A stretch of DNA of 64,000 bases, taken from contig OZ024740.1 of NCBI GenBank assembly GCA_964016885.1, forward strand, positions 116,126,001-116,190,000, written 5' to 3'. This document shows, piece after piece, positions 43,718 to 58,128 of the stretch; position 1 is the stretch's first letter; each line of letters begins with the position of its first letter. Origin of the DNA: Eledone cirrhosa. Taxonomy: Eukaryota. A model generated the notes under the pieces. That model saw only the letters and a list, made by a program, of their open reading frames with translations, was not told the origin of the DNA and did no database searches. A program made the position numbers and the translations under genes.

Positions 43718-44979
43718 CTATAGCACCTCTTTGTAGACGATATTGCGTGTCATCCCTTGAGGAGAGTAAGCAAAAAGTCCATTCCTGCTCCCTGCGCGGG
43801 AACAGGCAACATAAAGTTGGCCATGGGAGAAGCATGGCTCCCCCAAATAGATGCCCGCCACCGACAATGTTTGCCCTTGTGACTTGTTAATGGACATGGC
43901 AAAACATGGTCTAACCGGGAATTGGGATCGCCGGAAATCGAACGGGATATCTGAAGCCGAGGGGAAAAGGTTCATCCTTGGAATGAAAACATTCTCCCCT
44001 CTTCCGCATCCCGTTACAATGGTGGTCTCAATCAAGTGGGTGTCAGTGACTTGACGACCATGCGAGTACCGTTGCACTGCTTTTGTGGACGCAAGTTCCT
44101 TATTAGCATAATGGGACAGCCAACCTTAAGCTTAATAATGTAAGGTGGGAGCCCTGGGGGCTCAAGGAGATTTAATAACTCAACCGGATAATTAACGATA
44201 TCGTCGGGGTCTGATTTGAAGATGTGCTCTTTACCGGGAATCTTCTCAATCAGCTGCTCGTTAATAAAATTAACCATGGTATTTTTCGGAGCAAGGATGG
44301 CTCTTTCGCTGAGCCAATCGAGGTTTTTAAAGTTAGATGAGACATTAGGAAAAACTGCTTCCCAAAGGTCAGAAGGGCTGCTCACAAAGTTGCACAGGGT
44401 GTCGATTGCTATGCCGCCCTTGTCATCCGCAGGGATCTTGCCCTCACCAAGTGCTAAAATGTTCTGTGCTGCAGACATGTTGTCACCATGCAAATGAGCA
44501 CGCATATTTGTGCTCAGGTACAAACTATTCACCTGGAGCCACAACATGGACGACTTAAGACAGGCACGCACTTCATCAGCTCTTGTCCATTTGGGGATGA
44601 CAGGCAGCGTTTTCCGAAAATCCCCTGATAACAGAAGGGTTACGCCACCCATAGGAGCCATAGAATCCCTAATGTCTTTCCGGGCCCTGTCCAATGCCTC
44701 AAGGGCACCCTTGTGTGCCATTGTGCACTCATCCCAAACAATGAGGCAACATCTTTTGAGAACCAGAGCTTTGTGTGAACTCTTGCTGATATTGCATGTT
44801 GGTGTCTCAGTTTTTACTAAATCCAAAGGGAGTTTAAAGGTTGAATGTGCTGTCCTGCTTCCCGGCAGCAAAGTAGCAGCGATCTCGGACGATGCAACGG
44901 ACAACGCAACTTTTTTCTCCTGACGAATCTTAGCGAGAATCAAATTCGTTACAAAAGTTTTTCCGGTACCCCCAGGAGC
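43718..44979 (-). pseudogene. Helitron PIF1-family (SF1B) helicase, frameshift near 44050
   Basis: APGGTGKT (Walker A, 44956-44979), TAHSTFKLP, IVWDECTM, SGDFR, STNMR, RAILAPKN, CNGTR, QFPVRPCFAMSINKSQGQTL, FSHGQLYVACSR, TRNIVYKEVL. Confidence 0.95.
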
Positions 44980-45014
44980 GTTTTTTTTATTGGGGGGATC
45001 AGGGGTTTTTTTTT

Positions 45015-45743
45015 TTACCTTGAGGTATAACCAGTCAGTAGTTCCTTCAAAGGCTCTGGCGGTTCCGGAAGAGGGGGCAAGGTGATCTTACCGTTTAAGC
45101 AGCACATTGCAGGTGGCTCCCCAACCCACTTTGTAGCATTGCAGAATTGGCAATTGAAGCGCATCTCGCCTATATTTATGTCAGAGCGCATCGAGTAATT
45201 AACGTTTTGCTCATACTTGAAAGCCCGTAGGTGCCAGTAAGGGCTGTTGGGGCTCGTCACACCGCGTGCAGCTTCTCGCTGTCGACTGTTACGCTTGAAC
45301 GTAGAACATTGGTCGTGTGGTTGGTGGGAAGGTCTGGCAGCAATAGCAGAAGCAACATTTGCAATGCTAATGGACCGCCCGTCTGCATCTTCAGAAGCCA
45401 TGGAAGTAGTCATAGCCGCAGCGTTCGGAGGAAGGCGAGCCGTCCGTTGTTTTAAACGTTCCAAAGACCTGGAAGCAGCATTAGTCGCATCGTTTCTAGT
45501 CAGGCGCTTCGACCTTTGTTCACGGCTCTCTGAAGCCCTGGAAGAAGCCTGGTATGAAGCCATTTTGGCTAGGCGTGCGGTGCGCTGTTGGAAACTTTCA
45601 GCGGCTCGACATTCTGCTGAACGTAAGGCTGTCTGTGAAAGTCTTGAAGCATTTTCCTCAGAGGACTCGTTTGCTATAGTAGCCTTTTGCGCCACTGCTG
45701 ACGCGGTATGTCGACTGAGGCGACTTCTCTTTTTAGGTGGCAT
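45015..45743 (-). CDS. Helitron N-terminal ORF: STPR-like 23-aa repeats plus Zn-finger-like motif, truncated before Rep
   Basis: ESSEENASRL / ESFQQRTARL / ESREQRSKRL / ERLKQRTARL at exact 23-aa spacing; IGEM..CQFCNATKWVGE..CCLNGKITLP..PPEPLKELL. Confidence 0.8.
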   Translation of the reverse strand: MPPKKRSRLSRHTASAVAQKATIANESSEENASRLSQTALRSAECRAAESFQQRTARLAKMASYQASSRASESREQRSKRLTRNDATNAASRSLERLKQRTARLPPNAAAMTTSMASEDADGRSISIANVASAIAARPSHQPHDQCSTFKRNSRQREAARGVTSPNSPYWHLRAFKYEQNVNYSMRSDINIGEMRFNCQFCNATKWVGEPPAMCCLNGKITLPPLPEPPEPLKELLTGYTSR

Positions 45744-46126
45744 TTTATGTCCAAAAGAAAGGGTGAAAGTTACTTCTACAGAAAAATTGACTTTGAAAGT
45801 CTACTGTCTGTTTATGAATATTGTTATTGTTGTTGTGATACAAATGTTAGTAAGTAAATGGGTATCGAAAAATAAAGGGTGAAAGTTACTTCAACATAAA
45901 AATTGACTTTGAAAGTATAAGGCTGATAATTGAATGTAAAAAGATTGATAAGAAAGACCCCCCAAAAAATTTACAGGTATTTGTATGTATGTGTGTATTT
46001 TTATGTCGAAAAGAAAGGGTTAAAGTTACTTCTACAGAAAAATTTAGTTTGAAAGTGTAAGGCCGATGTGTGTGTAAATTAAGTGACAGGTATTTGTATG
46101 TATGTGTGTATATGTATGTATGTGTG

Positions 46127-46158
<32 letters not shown>

Positions 46159-47009
46159 TGTATGTATGTATGTATGTATGTATGTATGTATGTATGTATG
46201 TATGTATGTATTAAAGGTTGAAAGTTACTTCAACATAAAAATTGACTTTGAAAGTATAAGGCTGATAATTGAATGTAAAAAGATTGATAAGAAAGGCCCC
46301 CAAAAAATATTTACAGGTATTTGTATGTATGTGTGTATTTTTATGTCGAAAATAAAGGGTTAAAGTTACTTATACAGAAAAATATAGTTTGAAAGTGTAA
46401 GGCCGATTGAAAAACTTAGTTTAGTAAATGAAAGTCAGCTTCGAAATGGAGTTTGAACGCGCTAATACAAACACACACACATATATCCGTCTTTTAGTGT
46501 GTCTGTTTCTCACTCCCTCTTTATCATTATATCCCTCTTTATCATTATATGCTATTGTTATTTCTAAAACAAACTGTGTATGCGTTGATTGATTGAAATT
46601 CCCGCGTTCCTGTTTCTATGACGTCAATCGTAACCATACCAACATATATGTGTGTGTATGCACCCACATATATGTGTGTATATGTTTTTTTTCAATGTTT
46701 CTCTTTTTCACAAACACTTATAAGAGAAGGTAGCAATTTTAAGGGGAGGTGATGAAGGGAGTAGATATAGGAAACGTATATCATATGAGAGAGGAGAAAT
46801 CATCGATTGTTGAAATAAATCGATTTTTCCGTAATTGTGGTATTTTTTACCCAATAAGTTCGCCCATGACCCAAGTTAGAATATTTGTAAACATTCTGCT
46901 TAATTATTCATTCAATATTTTTGGAATTGTGTAAATGTATAAAATTGAAACATACATACAGACACAAAAATCTGCCTTTTATAGATAATTATAGATAGAT
47001 AATGATGAT

Positions 47010-47243
47010 ATATTACACACAGAAATGTATATATATTTCTGTGTGTATATATATATATATATAATACACACACAGAAATGTATATATATTTCTGTGTGTA
47101 TATATATATATATATATTACACACACAGAAATGTATATATATTTCTGTGTGTATATATATATATTACACACACAGAAATGTATATATATTTTTGTGTGTG
47201 TATATATATATATATTACACACACAGAAATGTATATATATTTC
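47010..47243. repeat. tandem array of ~5 palindromic units acacacagaaat-gtatatat-atttctgtgtgt separated by (TA)n
   Basis: Direct inspection. Confidence 0.85.
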
Positions 47244-47559
47244 TTAGAACAAAATGATTATTAATGTTTTGCTGTTCATAACAATTGGAATTGAAAAATT
47301 ACTTTTGAAATTATTAGTTATTTTACTAATGCTTAGATATGTAAAAATGAAGCAATGTTTCTAATAATTGTTTCTACTTTTGGCACAAGGCCAGCAATTA
47401 CTCAGTACATTACTGGTACTTTATTTTATCGACCCCGTGAGGATGAAAAGCAAAGTTAACCTCGGCGGTATTTGAACTCAGACCGTAAAAGGACGTAACT
47501 CCATGCTATGAAGCATGGTGTCCGACTCTCTACAGATTCTGCCAATCCACCGCCCTAAT

Positions 47560-47826
47560 GTCTGTACGTAATGAGGGAGTGAGAGGGGAGAGAAAGAAAG
47601 ACAGAGGGGAAGTGACGAAGTGACTCTCTCCTCCTCCATCTCCCCATTCGTCACAGCGATAGAGGGGAGGAATGTTAGTGTGTTACAAAGAGAAAGAGTG
47701 AGAGTGAGAGAAACCGACAGACTAAAAGAGAGGGATAGCTGAAGAGAGAGAGAGATAGCAACCACGCGCGCATGTGTTTCCATTGTCGGACAGACAGACA
47801 GAGAAATTGCTGGTTATATATTATAA

Positions 47827-47830
<4 letters not shown>
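47560..47830 (-). mobile_element. probable 5' portion of another non-autonomous Helitron
   Basis: Minus strand aTCcttataatatataaccagcaatttctctgtctgtctgtcc resembles the 5' ends at 42345 and 42912. Confidence 0.5.
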
Positions 47831-47889
<59 letters not shown>

Positions 47890-49389
47890 TTTGTGTGTGT
47901 GATGAATAACATTCCAGCCGTGAGCTTTCCGTCTTTGTCATAAGCACAATGCACATAGAACCACCTTATACAATGAGTTCTTACTTTCTAAAGAGGCACA
48001 AAATGTGATTTGAGTGAGGTTTGGTTGTTATATCTAGCAACTTAACCAAGTGTACAGAAGCTCACTCATCGGATTGGCAGTATCGGTAGAGGGTGGGGTG
48101 CCATGCTTTGCAGCAAAGAGTTACGGCCCTTTATGGTCTGAGTTCGAATCATGCCAAGGTTAACTTTGCCTTTCATCCTTACGGGATCGATAAAATAAAG
48201 TACCAGTAATGTACTGGGATAATTGCTGGCCTTGTGCCAAAAGTAGAAACAATTATTTACACATTTAAATATTTAATCTCTGACACTATTTCACAAGTGA
48301 GAAATGTTTATTTGAAAACAATCTATATATAGGTCTTTATGTCCCGTATCTATTAAGTAATCTCCCCCCCCCCCCTCTCTGTCTCTCTCTCTCTCTCTCT
48401 TTCTCTCATATATATATATATATATATATATGCATAACATACAAATATACACACACACATGCACACAAACACACACACACACAAACACACACAGACACAG
48501 ACACACACACGCATACACACATATATATACATATATATTTATATGCAAGCCTGTATCTGTGGAATAATTATTCTTTAGTAGGCATATTTTCATTGTTTTT
48601 CTTCATCTGTTTGTCTTCGGTTCAATAGGTCTGTGTACGAATTGACACAATTCCAGAGCTAGAAGCCTCTGATGTAGAGTACATCAACAGAGAAACGACA
48701 ATTATATGAAGGGAAGCAGTAATTATGTGCGAATAATTGAAAGGTTAATACAAACGAAATATTAAAGTCCCCAGAGAAGGAAGACATATATGTGTTCCCT
48801 TCAAATATATTGTTATCAATATAAGCAATAGGGCTCTTATTAAACGAGAAGATTCATTTTCGAGGGGTTTAACATTAAGGTGTGTACCCTACCAAATGTC
48901 ATATCGTTAATTGTGACACTTCTGAAAGTATAATGTGAAACTCTTAACCGCTATAGTGGTATATGTCTAAGATAAGGATAAACTCTTAACCCCTGTGGTG
49001 GTATATATGTAAGATAAGGATATTGTTAGCCCTTATGTGAGTATATGTGTAGGATAATGAGATAATTCCCTTAATTATGATTGTGAGGTTGAAACTTTTG
49101 ATTAAGGAAATTTACTGTTGAGTGTGAACATTAGACTTAAAATTAAATATAAAGCTTTTCCCTATGAAGTTGCTTTCGAAAGTTGTGTGTATATTGCACA
49201 CACACACCTATATATATATGCAATATCACATATGCAAACACACATGCACACACACGCACACATGTGCGCGCGCACACACACACACACACATATAGATAGC
49301 TGACTGAATACACACGTATGTTTTTTTGTCGTTTTTCCATTCCTTCTTCTCAGTCTTTATATTTCTATTTTATCTTTTATTTCTATTTC

Positions 49390-49429
49390 TGTCTTCCGAT
49401 GAAGGACAAGTGTCCGAAATGTTAAGACA
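49390..49429 (+). ncRNA. family 1 HHR motif (U4-to-C variant) in a PLE terminus
   Basis: TGTCTT-CCGATGA-A-GGAC-aagt-GTCC-GAAA-TG-TT-AAGACA; 6 bp stem I. Confidence 0.55.
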
Positions 49430-49512
49430 CTTTATGCGTTATTTCAGGCGTTAAACTAATATATTTCTTCAATGTATGTACTGTGTCGTTTGTTTTGTTA
49501 TTTATGTTTACC

Positions 49513-49624
<112 letters not shown>

Positions 49625-50321
49625 TTTTTTTTTCTGTTGCTTGAGCCGGCAATTTTATGTGGTCCTCTAAAATTAAATCGTGCGAAACCACAACTCGTCT
49701 GAGACCTGAAAAGGTTAAAATATGTTTGTGTGATCTTGTCTCGTCCATTTTCTTCCTTTGATCCTTTCTTCCTATCACGTCTGTGGGCCAACAGACTTCT
49801 AGGCGCTCATTTCTGTCCTTTGAGGTAAATTTTACCCAACGCTGTCATTGACGGCATTTTGCTGTTTTAATAGCTATTCTTAAATTGAGGTTTTCTCATT
49901 ATTCAACCAATTCTAATACACTCACGCCCCAACTTAAAATAGGGAGTGCACAGGACAAAACATTGGAAAAAACTGAAAAAGAAGATATGTCCCTCAGTAT
50001 GATGTATCCCATCACCGCAGATTTAGACGGCAATGTGAAGAACAGATGTAGAAAAGAGAATGCAAGCATAGCTGTGTGGTTAACATGTTTCCTTCAAAAT
50101 CAGGAAGTTTCGGAATCAGTTCTACTGCATGGCACCTTGGGCAAATGTTATCTACTATAGACCCCTGCTTGCTATTCTTCTCAGTATGTACGCTACTCTC
50201 CTTTCGACCCTTATATTAATTCTGTACGTATCGCTCATTTATTCTAGCTCTACCCCTCTCTATATATGATGTCAAACATGACACCTGACATGGAACTAAC
50301 CGACCAGCCAGCCAGCCAACC

Positions 50322-50420
<99 letters not shown>

Positions 50421-50670
50421 GTATATATATATATATGTTTCTCTGTGTGTGTGTGGTTTCTGTTTAATATTTACCAACACAGAATAGAAAATAAAGCATT
50501 GTTTGTTGTCTGTAGTTATCTATTCGAAATAATAACAATAACAACATTAACAATAATTTTATGTTTCGATCAACGTATGAAGGTCGCTGTGGTATATATT
50601 AAAGTTTCTATGCAGTTTGTCTGTTGGAAATGTGTGCACAGTGTACATATGACTGAAAAGAATATACAGT

Positions 50671-50702
<32 letters not shown>

Positions 50703-50715
50703 CATACATACATAC

Positions 50716-50891
<176 letters not shown>

Positions 50892-50909
50892 TATATATAT
50901 ATACACATC

Positions 50910-51015
<106 letters not shown>

Positions 51016-51048
51016 AGAGTATTGACCCATATATATAGAGATATTTAC

Positions 51049-51099
<51 letters not shown>

Positions 51100-51960
51100 C
51101 ACCTTTAACCCCACACATATATAGCTATACATATGTATATATATGACTGTGTTAGCGGTGTGTGTAGTGCTATAGTATTATATAGGGTCAGTTGACAGTG
51201 GGACCTACAGCGCCGTTCTCTAAGCTGGCAAGTAGCCAGAACCTTCTCTAAAGGGCAAATTATAAACTACTCTTGACCTAAATGGAGAGAAACGTTATAT
51301 ATCTGTCAATTGGTGTCTGTTAAAGTGACCTTTCTTTACACCCTGTAGAAGGATAAAGGAGCTCTTTCATTTCCTTGTCATTTAAAATCAGGCGGTGACT
51401 TGGCAAAGTCGTTAGAGCGTTGGTATTTGTTCCGGGTCTCTGCGTTCCGTGTTCATATAGCGCCGAAATCAATTTCCCTATCATTCTTTTGATATCGAGA
51501 AAATGAAATACCAATCAAGCACTAGGGTCAGATTAAATGTCTCTCAGAGACCGCCGAGACCAACCTTTCTTTTTATTCTCTTGGTGTTTATAAAGGATGA
51601 ATTAGTCCAGAAAGTGGTGGATTGGCGGAATTGTTAAAGAACTGGACAGGATACCTTGCGATATCTGATCCGGCTGTCTACACTCTGAATTCAGATTTCA
51701 CCTCCTTCTGTCAGGAGTTGCGATGGACAAATAGTATCAACAATGGAAAAACCAGTGGAAACATAGTTTCCTTTGTTCAATCTCACGTTTCGCTGCTTTC
51801 CTTTACTTTAAAACAGTTTCTTTCTATTAAACCTAAGAAAAAAATCATAATGAGAATAGATCGAAGACTGCTATGTTTTTACAGTATAACTCATTGTTTT
51901 AGGGGTGGAATACGTAATATTGGGTTTCTTCGACAAACCCTAACACAGCTACGTGTGTGG

Positions 51961-52008
<48 letters not shown>

Positions 52009-52026
52009 AATGTATGTATGTGTGTA

Positions 52027-52114
<88 letters not shown>

Positions 52115-52137
52115 TGTGTGTGTGTGTGTGTGTGTGT

Positions 52138-52306
52138 GAATGAGAGATAAAAGAAGAAATAGAAAGATAAACGAGAAGGGGAAGAAACGGAAGAAAATTG
52201 GAGAGAATGTACCTGTGTGCTTAGCCATTTTGGGGAAGATGCTCGTTTGTGTGTACATATGTTCAGGGAATTCTAAAAAAAAAAAGAATGTTTTTGCCAG
52301 ATCGTA
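52138..52306 (+). repeat. ~170 bp direct duplication after (TG)n; second copy 54696-54867
   Basis: gaatgagagataaaagaagaaatagaaagataaacgagaag..gtttttgccagatcgta is near-identical in both. Confidence 0.9.
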
Positions 52307-52369
52307 GCATTCGTATGACAGACGGACAAAAATGTTGCATAGTTATTAAAATATAGATTAGTCTAAGAT

Positions 52370-52850
52370 ATATTTCTTTATTTGCCACAAGGGCGTACAA
52401 GAAAAGGGGACAATTCAAAGACACACGCCGGGGATTTTACATACAGTCGTGTAAAAATATTGAAACAAACAATTATAACAATCGAAATCCCCAATAGAGG
52501 GGAGGCGCCACAAATGGGTTGTTTAATACCCCGTCGATAGAACAACCCTCAACTGCGTGTTGTGCAAGTGCTCCTTTCTTTCTTTTGTTCTTTTCTTCAA
52601 CCTACAGGTTTATATATAGAGAAGGCCCAATCGCTCGGGCTATTTTTGCTGCATTCACCTACCTTTCAGTAAATTTACTGGGGTACAGTGCCTCTCTCTC
52701 CACTCTGATTCTCCTTCTAAAGTGGTATCTAAAGAAGGGAATGAGTTGTTGTCCGAAGAAAAAGGCATCTGTTCTCAGTCCTCTCAATCTCGTCCACCAT
52801 ATAACCTCTTTCACCGTAGCCACTATACAGAGGAAAACAGCCTCTTTCGT
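52370..52850 (-). mobile_element. 3' end of an L1/Tx1-like LINE (ORF2 C-terminus plus 3' UTR)
   Basis: EAVFLCIVATVKEVIWWTRLRGL..FFRYHFRRRIRVERE; AATAAA near 52376. Confidence 0.55.
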
Positions 52851-54611
52851 TTTTGATAATCATGCAAAACCTGTCATTTTCATTTCGTCTAGAACGATGT
52901 GACAATATTTATTTGTTAGGCCAACACAACATGCTATGTAGTTCATTATATTTCTTATTGCTATCAGTCTGCATTGCAATTATATTGTCTGCTTTTAATG
53001 TTTTCTATTCTATGTATTTTCTCCATACAGCAATCAGGTAATACATGAGCAACCTCGCAGTCTTCAGCCATGAGCTCAGAAACAGCTACACCTATGTTCA
53101 GTTTTACATGATCCTATTTGTAAACCAAGATGATAAATATTTTACGATCTTATTTGTTATTTATTTATTCTATGTATCTCTTGCAGAACTAAAAATAATT
53201 GTCGGTTGAATGGCAAATGCTTAGGCAAACTAATCATATATCAATTATAAAATAGATTGTAAATATAACATTCCAAGTCAGTATGATAAAAATGAAATAA
53301 AGCTAAATATGTATGTGGAAGGCAGCTACACGGCCGATTTCTTCTATCAAATGTTAAGGTTTAGAATCAGGAAATAAGAAACACCGCAGCTTTACTAGGA
53401 TGTGTATGAAGACTGTATCCAACAGTTGCACAAACTACACCAGTAAGAACGTTAATAAACACCAAATCTTAACATAACAATACAATACAATACAAAATAA
53501 CATATATAAGTAAATTATATCCCGTTGCCGCCACACGGTTCTATTCTGGCGATTTATAATACTAAGATCGAGGCCGACTGAACACAAACAAATATAAGCT
53601 CTCTCATAGACACACCGGAAGTACAGAAAATACGCCCCCTCGCAACATTAATCGTCTCGAATAAATCTATTGCTATTTTGGTTTTTAATGTTTTCTTTGA
53701 AGAAGCGTCTAAGCATCAGGAGGAAACTGTGGCTAATGACCGCAATGGGATAACAGTCAACCTTAATAGATTGATACAATATATATATATATATGTATAC
53801 GTGTGTGCATGTGTGCGTGTGTATGTTTCTCATTAATACATTCTTGCTCTGATGGTATAATGGAATATCATGTATCTGTGTTTTCTGACCTGACATATGT
53901 ACGCCATAATTTGTAACTTCCGGGTTAGTGATCAGAGTAAAAATGGATTCGTGTCGAAACATAATTGCCGCGGCAGCCAATTGTACATTGTCCGATAGGC
54001 CACCTTCATTTAGCTTGGAAATATTCGCTCGAGCATATTAAACAATGAAAGGCCATTTGTTAAAACGTTTATGAATGAGAGGAAACGACTAAGATTTGTT
54101 TGTGTCCTAAATGATGTTGCGATATTCGATCAGGGTGTAACAGAAGGCCAGGGTGATATTAGATATATCACCCTATTTTCAAGTAAACACCGTCAGAAAG
54201 ATACTATCTGAACAATGAAAGTTTTATATTATCTTATACAAATATTAATCCCAAACTAATCATTTATTTCTCTAAATAGCTTATCCGCGGAAAAATATCT
54301 TTACACGATAAAGATTCTAAAAGATAATAAATGTGAAATACTTATTTAAATTTTACAATTACTGGATTACATACAAAAGATGTTAAATATTTGCTAAGTG
54401 TAAATAAAAATATAATTAATAAATGGATTAAGTGTGAGGCTGTGTTACTAAAATATGAAGGTTTAAATGTAAAGAGAGCTGACGCTACTATTAAAGACAA
54501 CAAAGCAGTCGTTTAAGGCTCTGGTTTCAAAGATCTACATTACTGAACCTTATAGATTTTATAATTAACATAAATTAACATAAATGCATAATATGTTCCT
54601 GCGATCAATAA

Positions 54612-54700
<89 letters not shown>

Positions 54701-56708
54701 AGAGATAAAAGAAGAAATAGAAAGATAAACGAGAAGAAGGAGAAGAAACAGAAGAAAATTGGAGAGAATGTACCTGTGTGCTTAGCCATTTTGGGGGAAG
54801 ATGCTCGTTTGTGTGTGCATATGTTCAGAGAATTCTAAAAAAAAAAGAATGTTTTTGCCAGATCGTAAATATAGCGCTAAACGTCTTCCCCGTGTGAGGT
54901 GTTGGATGAAAAGTTAGTTAATGACAATTCAAAATGGGGCAGGAATTGAGAAAACCTGCAAGAGGCGGAGATGACTTGGGTCTCTGAAAATCACTGGACT
55001 ACATAGTCAATCTAAATAGATTGCAGACAGGAATCCGGTAACAGGAAGTAGAATATGTGGTTTTCAACAGGAGAAGCCTGCGAGGATTAAGTTATACAAT
55101 CTCAGTTGAGAGAACTGTCAAAGGTTATTATTAACAAACAAGTGGATTGGCAGTATCGGTAGAGAGTCAGACACCATGCTTTCCAGCATAGTTACGTCCC
55201 TTTACGTTCTGAGTTCAAATCCCTCCGAGGTTGACTTTGCCTTTCATCCTTACGGGGTCGATAAAATAAAGTACCACTGGGTAATTCCTGGCCTTGTGCC
55301 TAAAGTAGAAACAATTATTAACAAACAATAGACGGGCTGTTTTATAGTGCAAACTGAGAATTAAGCAATAGAAACAATATTTACACTAAGTCTGAAACAA
55401 AACAAACCTAAACATACGGAATGGTCACGGCTAGAATGCTTTTGCTCATAGGTCTGCTCGATCTTGACTTGAGATTATACAACGACAATGTGTGGGGGGA
55501 ATGTAGTATAGGAACTTATAAGTTTCTAGAGACGGTGACACAGTTGTTGATCATATAATGAGAACGGCTTTGGACAGTTTCTGTTACCTCAAAAGCTGGA
55601 AAAATAAAAGAAAATCGAGCTGATCATTAGATAGTACCAAAGAAATGTTTCCATTGGTCTTTCTATTGCTGAAACTATCTACTGGTCAGAACTCCAAGAC
55701 TGGTAAGAGGAAGGAGGAAGGTATTGTGAAGCCGAAAACTACGGCTAAAAGCTTGCAGAACAATGGAATCCACTAAGGCCACCCAGGTTCCGGGCGTTAG
55801 TATTACAACGGGCGATGAATTAAGTCTATAACCCAAACCAGCAAGAACGGGATTTGATCTCAGAACGTATAGAGCTTCATCAGCTAGCACCAGACTCATT
55901 AACAATCTCCCAATCCCCGCCCCTAGACAGGTATTATATTTTATTAACCTCAAAAGGATGCAAGACAAAGTTAACAGCTGTGGGATTGCAACTCAGAGTG
56001 CAGTGATTCGAAGCAAATACTGAGGGTATTTAATTCGCCGCCCTAACGACTCTGTCCATTTGCCACCCACAGAGCAGGAAGGTTCTGCTGTTAGTATTGA
56101 GGCCCCAGCGGGAGATTTGAGTGAAAAACTAATACAAAGCAAAAACAAACATATATCCAGAACTCTGTGGTGAGTGGAAACGTAGCAACAAAGTAATGAT
56201 GTTCCCAATGTCGGGCAGGAATTTGTGAACCAGACTCAATGTTACAACTAAGGCCAATTAGGCAGCCGCCTAGAGACAAACCTAGGAGAGGCGTATTATT
56301 GAACGTTAAAGGATCAAAGTCTTATACAAATTTATATAATTTAATTAGATATATAATAATTTCCTGCAATCAATAAATAAATCATTAAAAATCTTTGCCG
56401 CTTAGCAGTGTTGTGGAAATATCCTAAGTGGTTATGGGTGGGAACTATGTAGTTAAATACGTGGGTTTAGTAATTTTTTATTGTCACAGTAAACAGTGTC
56501 GAAAACAACTGTAAGTAGAAAATATTATATTCGGGGTGCATACCTGGGAGAAGGCGGTGTATATCGTAAGATAGCACAGGGTACTATATATTCAGGCGTC
56601 GGTCCTTTCTGTATAGAAACAGTTAAAGATTTGACCAAAGGTGAATATAAATAAACATTGACATATAAACAAGCGTTTCATTTTCTGTGGACTGAAAAAC
56701 AGTGAAAG

Positions 56709-56750
56709 ACCTGACTAGTTTCAATTTTAATTGGAGCTATCCTCAGAGAC
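56709..56750 (-). ncRNA. HHR-like motif with degenerate stem II
   Basis: GTCT-CTGAGGA-(17 nt)-GAAA-CTAG-TC-AGGT; palindromic ACTAGT stem III, GUC triplet. Confidence 0.45.
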
Positions 56751-57093
56751 ATTCTATATGCATTGATCCGACTTTAAACATGTGCAGAGCCTTTTGAAAG
56801 CTTTTTACAGAGATTTTCAGGAGAGCCGGGAGAGTATTTTACAGTGGGTGAACCTTACCTTTCAACTGGCCTCATCCGGCATTCAATAGTAATGGTGGTG
56901 TGATGCTAGATACCTCTATGGATATAATAATATTTTGTATCGTTATTAATAGCACTAGGTATACCCAAGTTGTATGATCCCTCGGGTATTATGGAACGAA
57001 TGCAAGAGGATATAGGAAAGAAAATATAAATAGGAAATTTACGTCTCATAAATCTGTTGGAGTTATAAAGGTGTGAGTGTTAATGCGTTGAGG

Positions 57094-57124
<31 letters not shown>

Positions 57125-57304
57125 TGTATGTATGTATGTATGTATGTATGTATGCGTGTTTGTATATGAATGTATGTGAGAGTGTGTGTATGTGTGTGCG
57201 TACGTGAGTGTGTATATTTGCAATATGAATGTTAGTCTTAGCAAAACAAGGAAATGATCTTATATTTCTGTCAGTTTCTTTACATCCGTCTCTCTCTCCC
57301 TCAT

Positions 57305-57365
<61 letters not shown>

Positions 57366-57366
57366 G

Positions 57367-57397
<31 letters not shown>

Positions 57398-57551
57398 AAT
57401 GGCTTCTACAGGACTAGAACTGTTTCATTCGGAGGAAGACATCAGGAAATCATATATATATGTAGATAAATCTACCAAAATATACGGTAGTGTCCAATCC
57501 GTATGAAGAACTCAATGTAATCCAAATATCATGAAAAGAGAAGATGTATTC

Positions 57552-58128
<577 letters not shown>

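Larger units (their letters stand above)
43404..46999 (-). mobile_element. internally deleted Helitron (5' TC..CTAG 3')
   Basis: 3' end cccgagcaacgccggg-ctaaactgCTAG|T; 5' end TCTATCTATAATTATCTATAAAAGGCAGA; encloses PIF1 and STPR/Zn ORFs and subterminal tandem repeats at 45760-46410. Confidence 0.9.

Noticed and set aside
45247-45882. 211-aa plus-strand ORF
   Set aside because: Antisense shadow of the Helitron N-terminal ORF
47010-47243. CRISPR-like array of palindromic repeats
   Set aside because: Spacers are only (TA)n, context is eukaryotic, no cas genes
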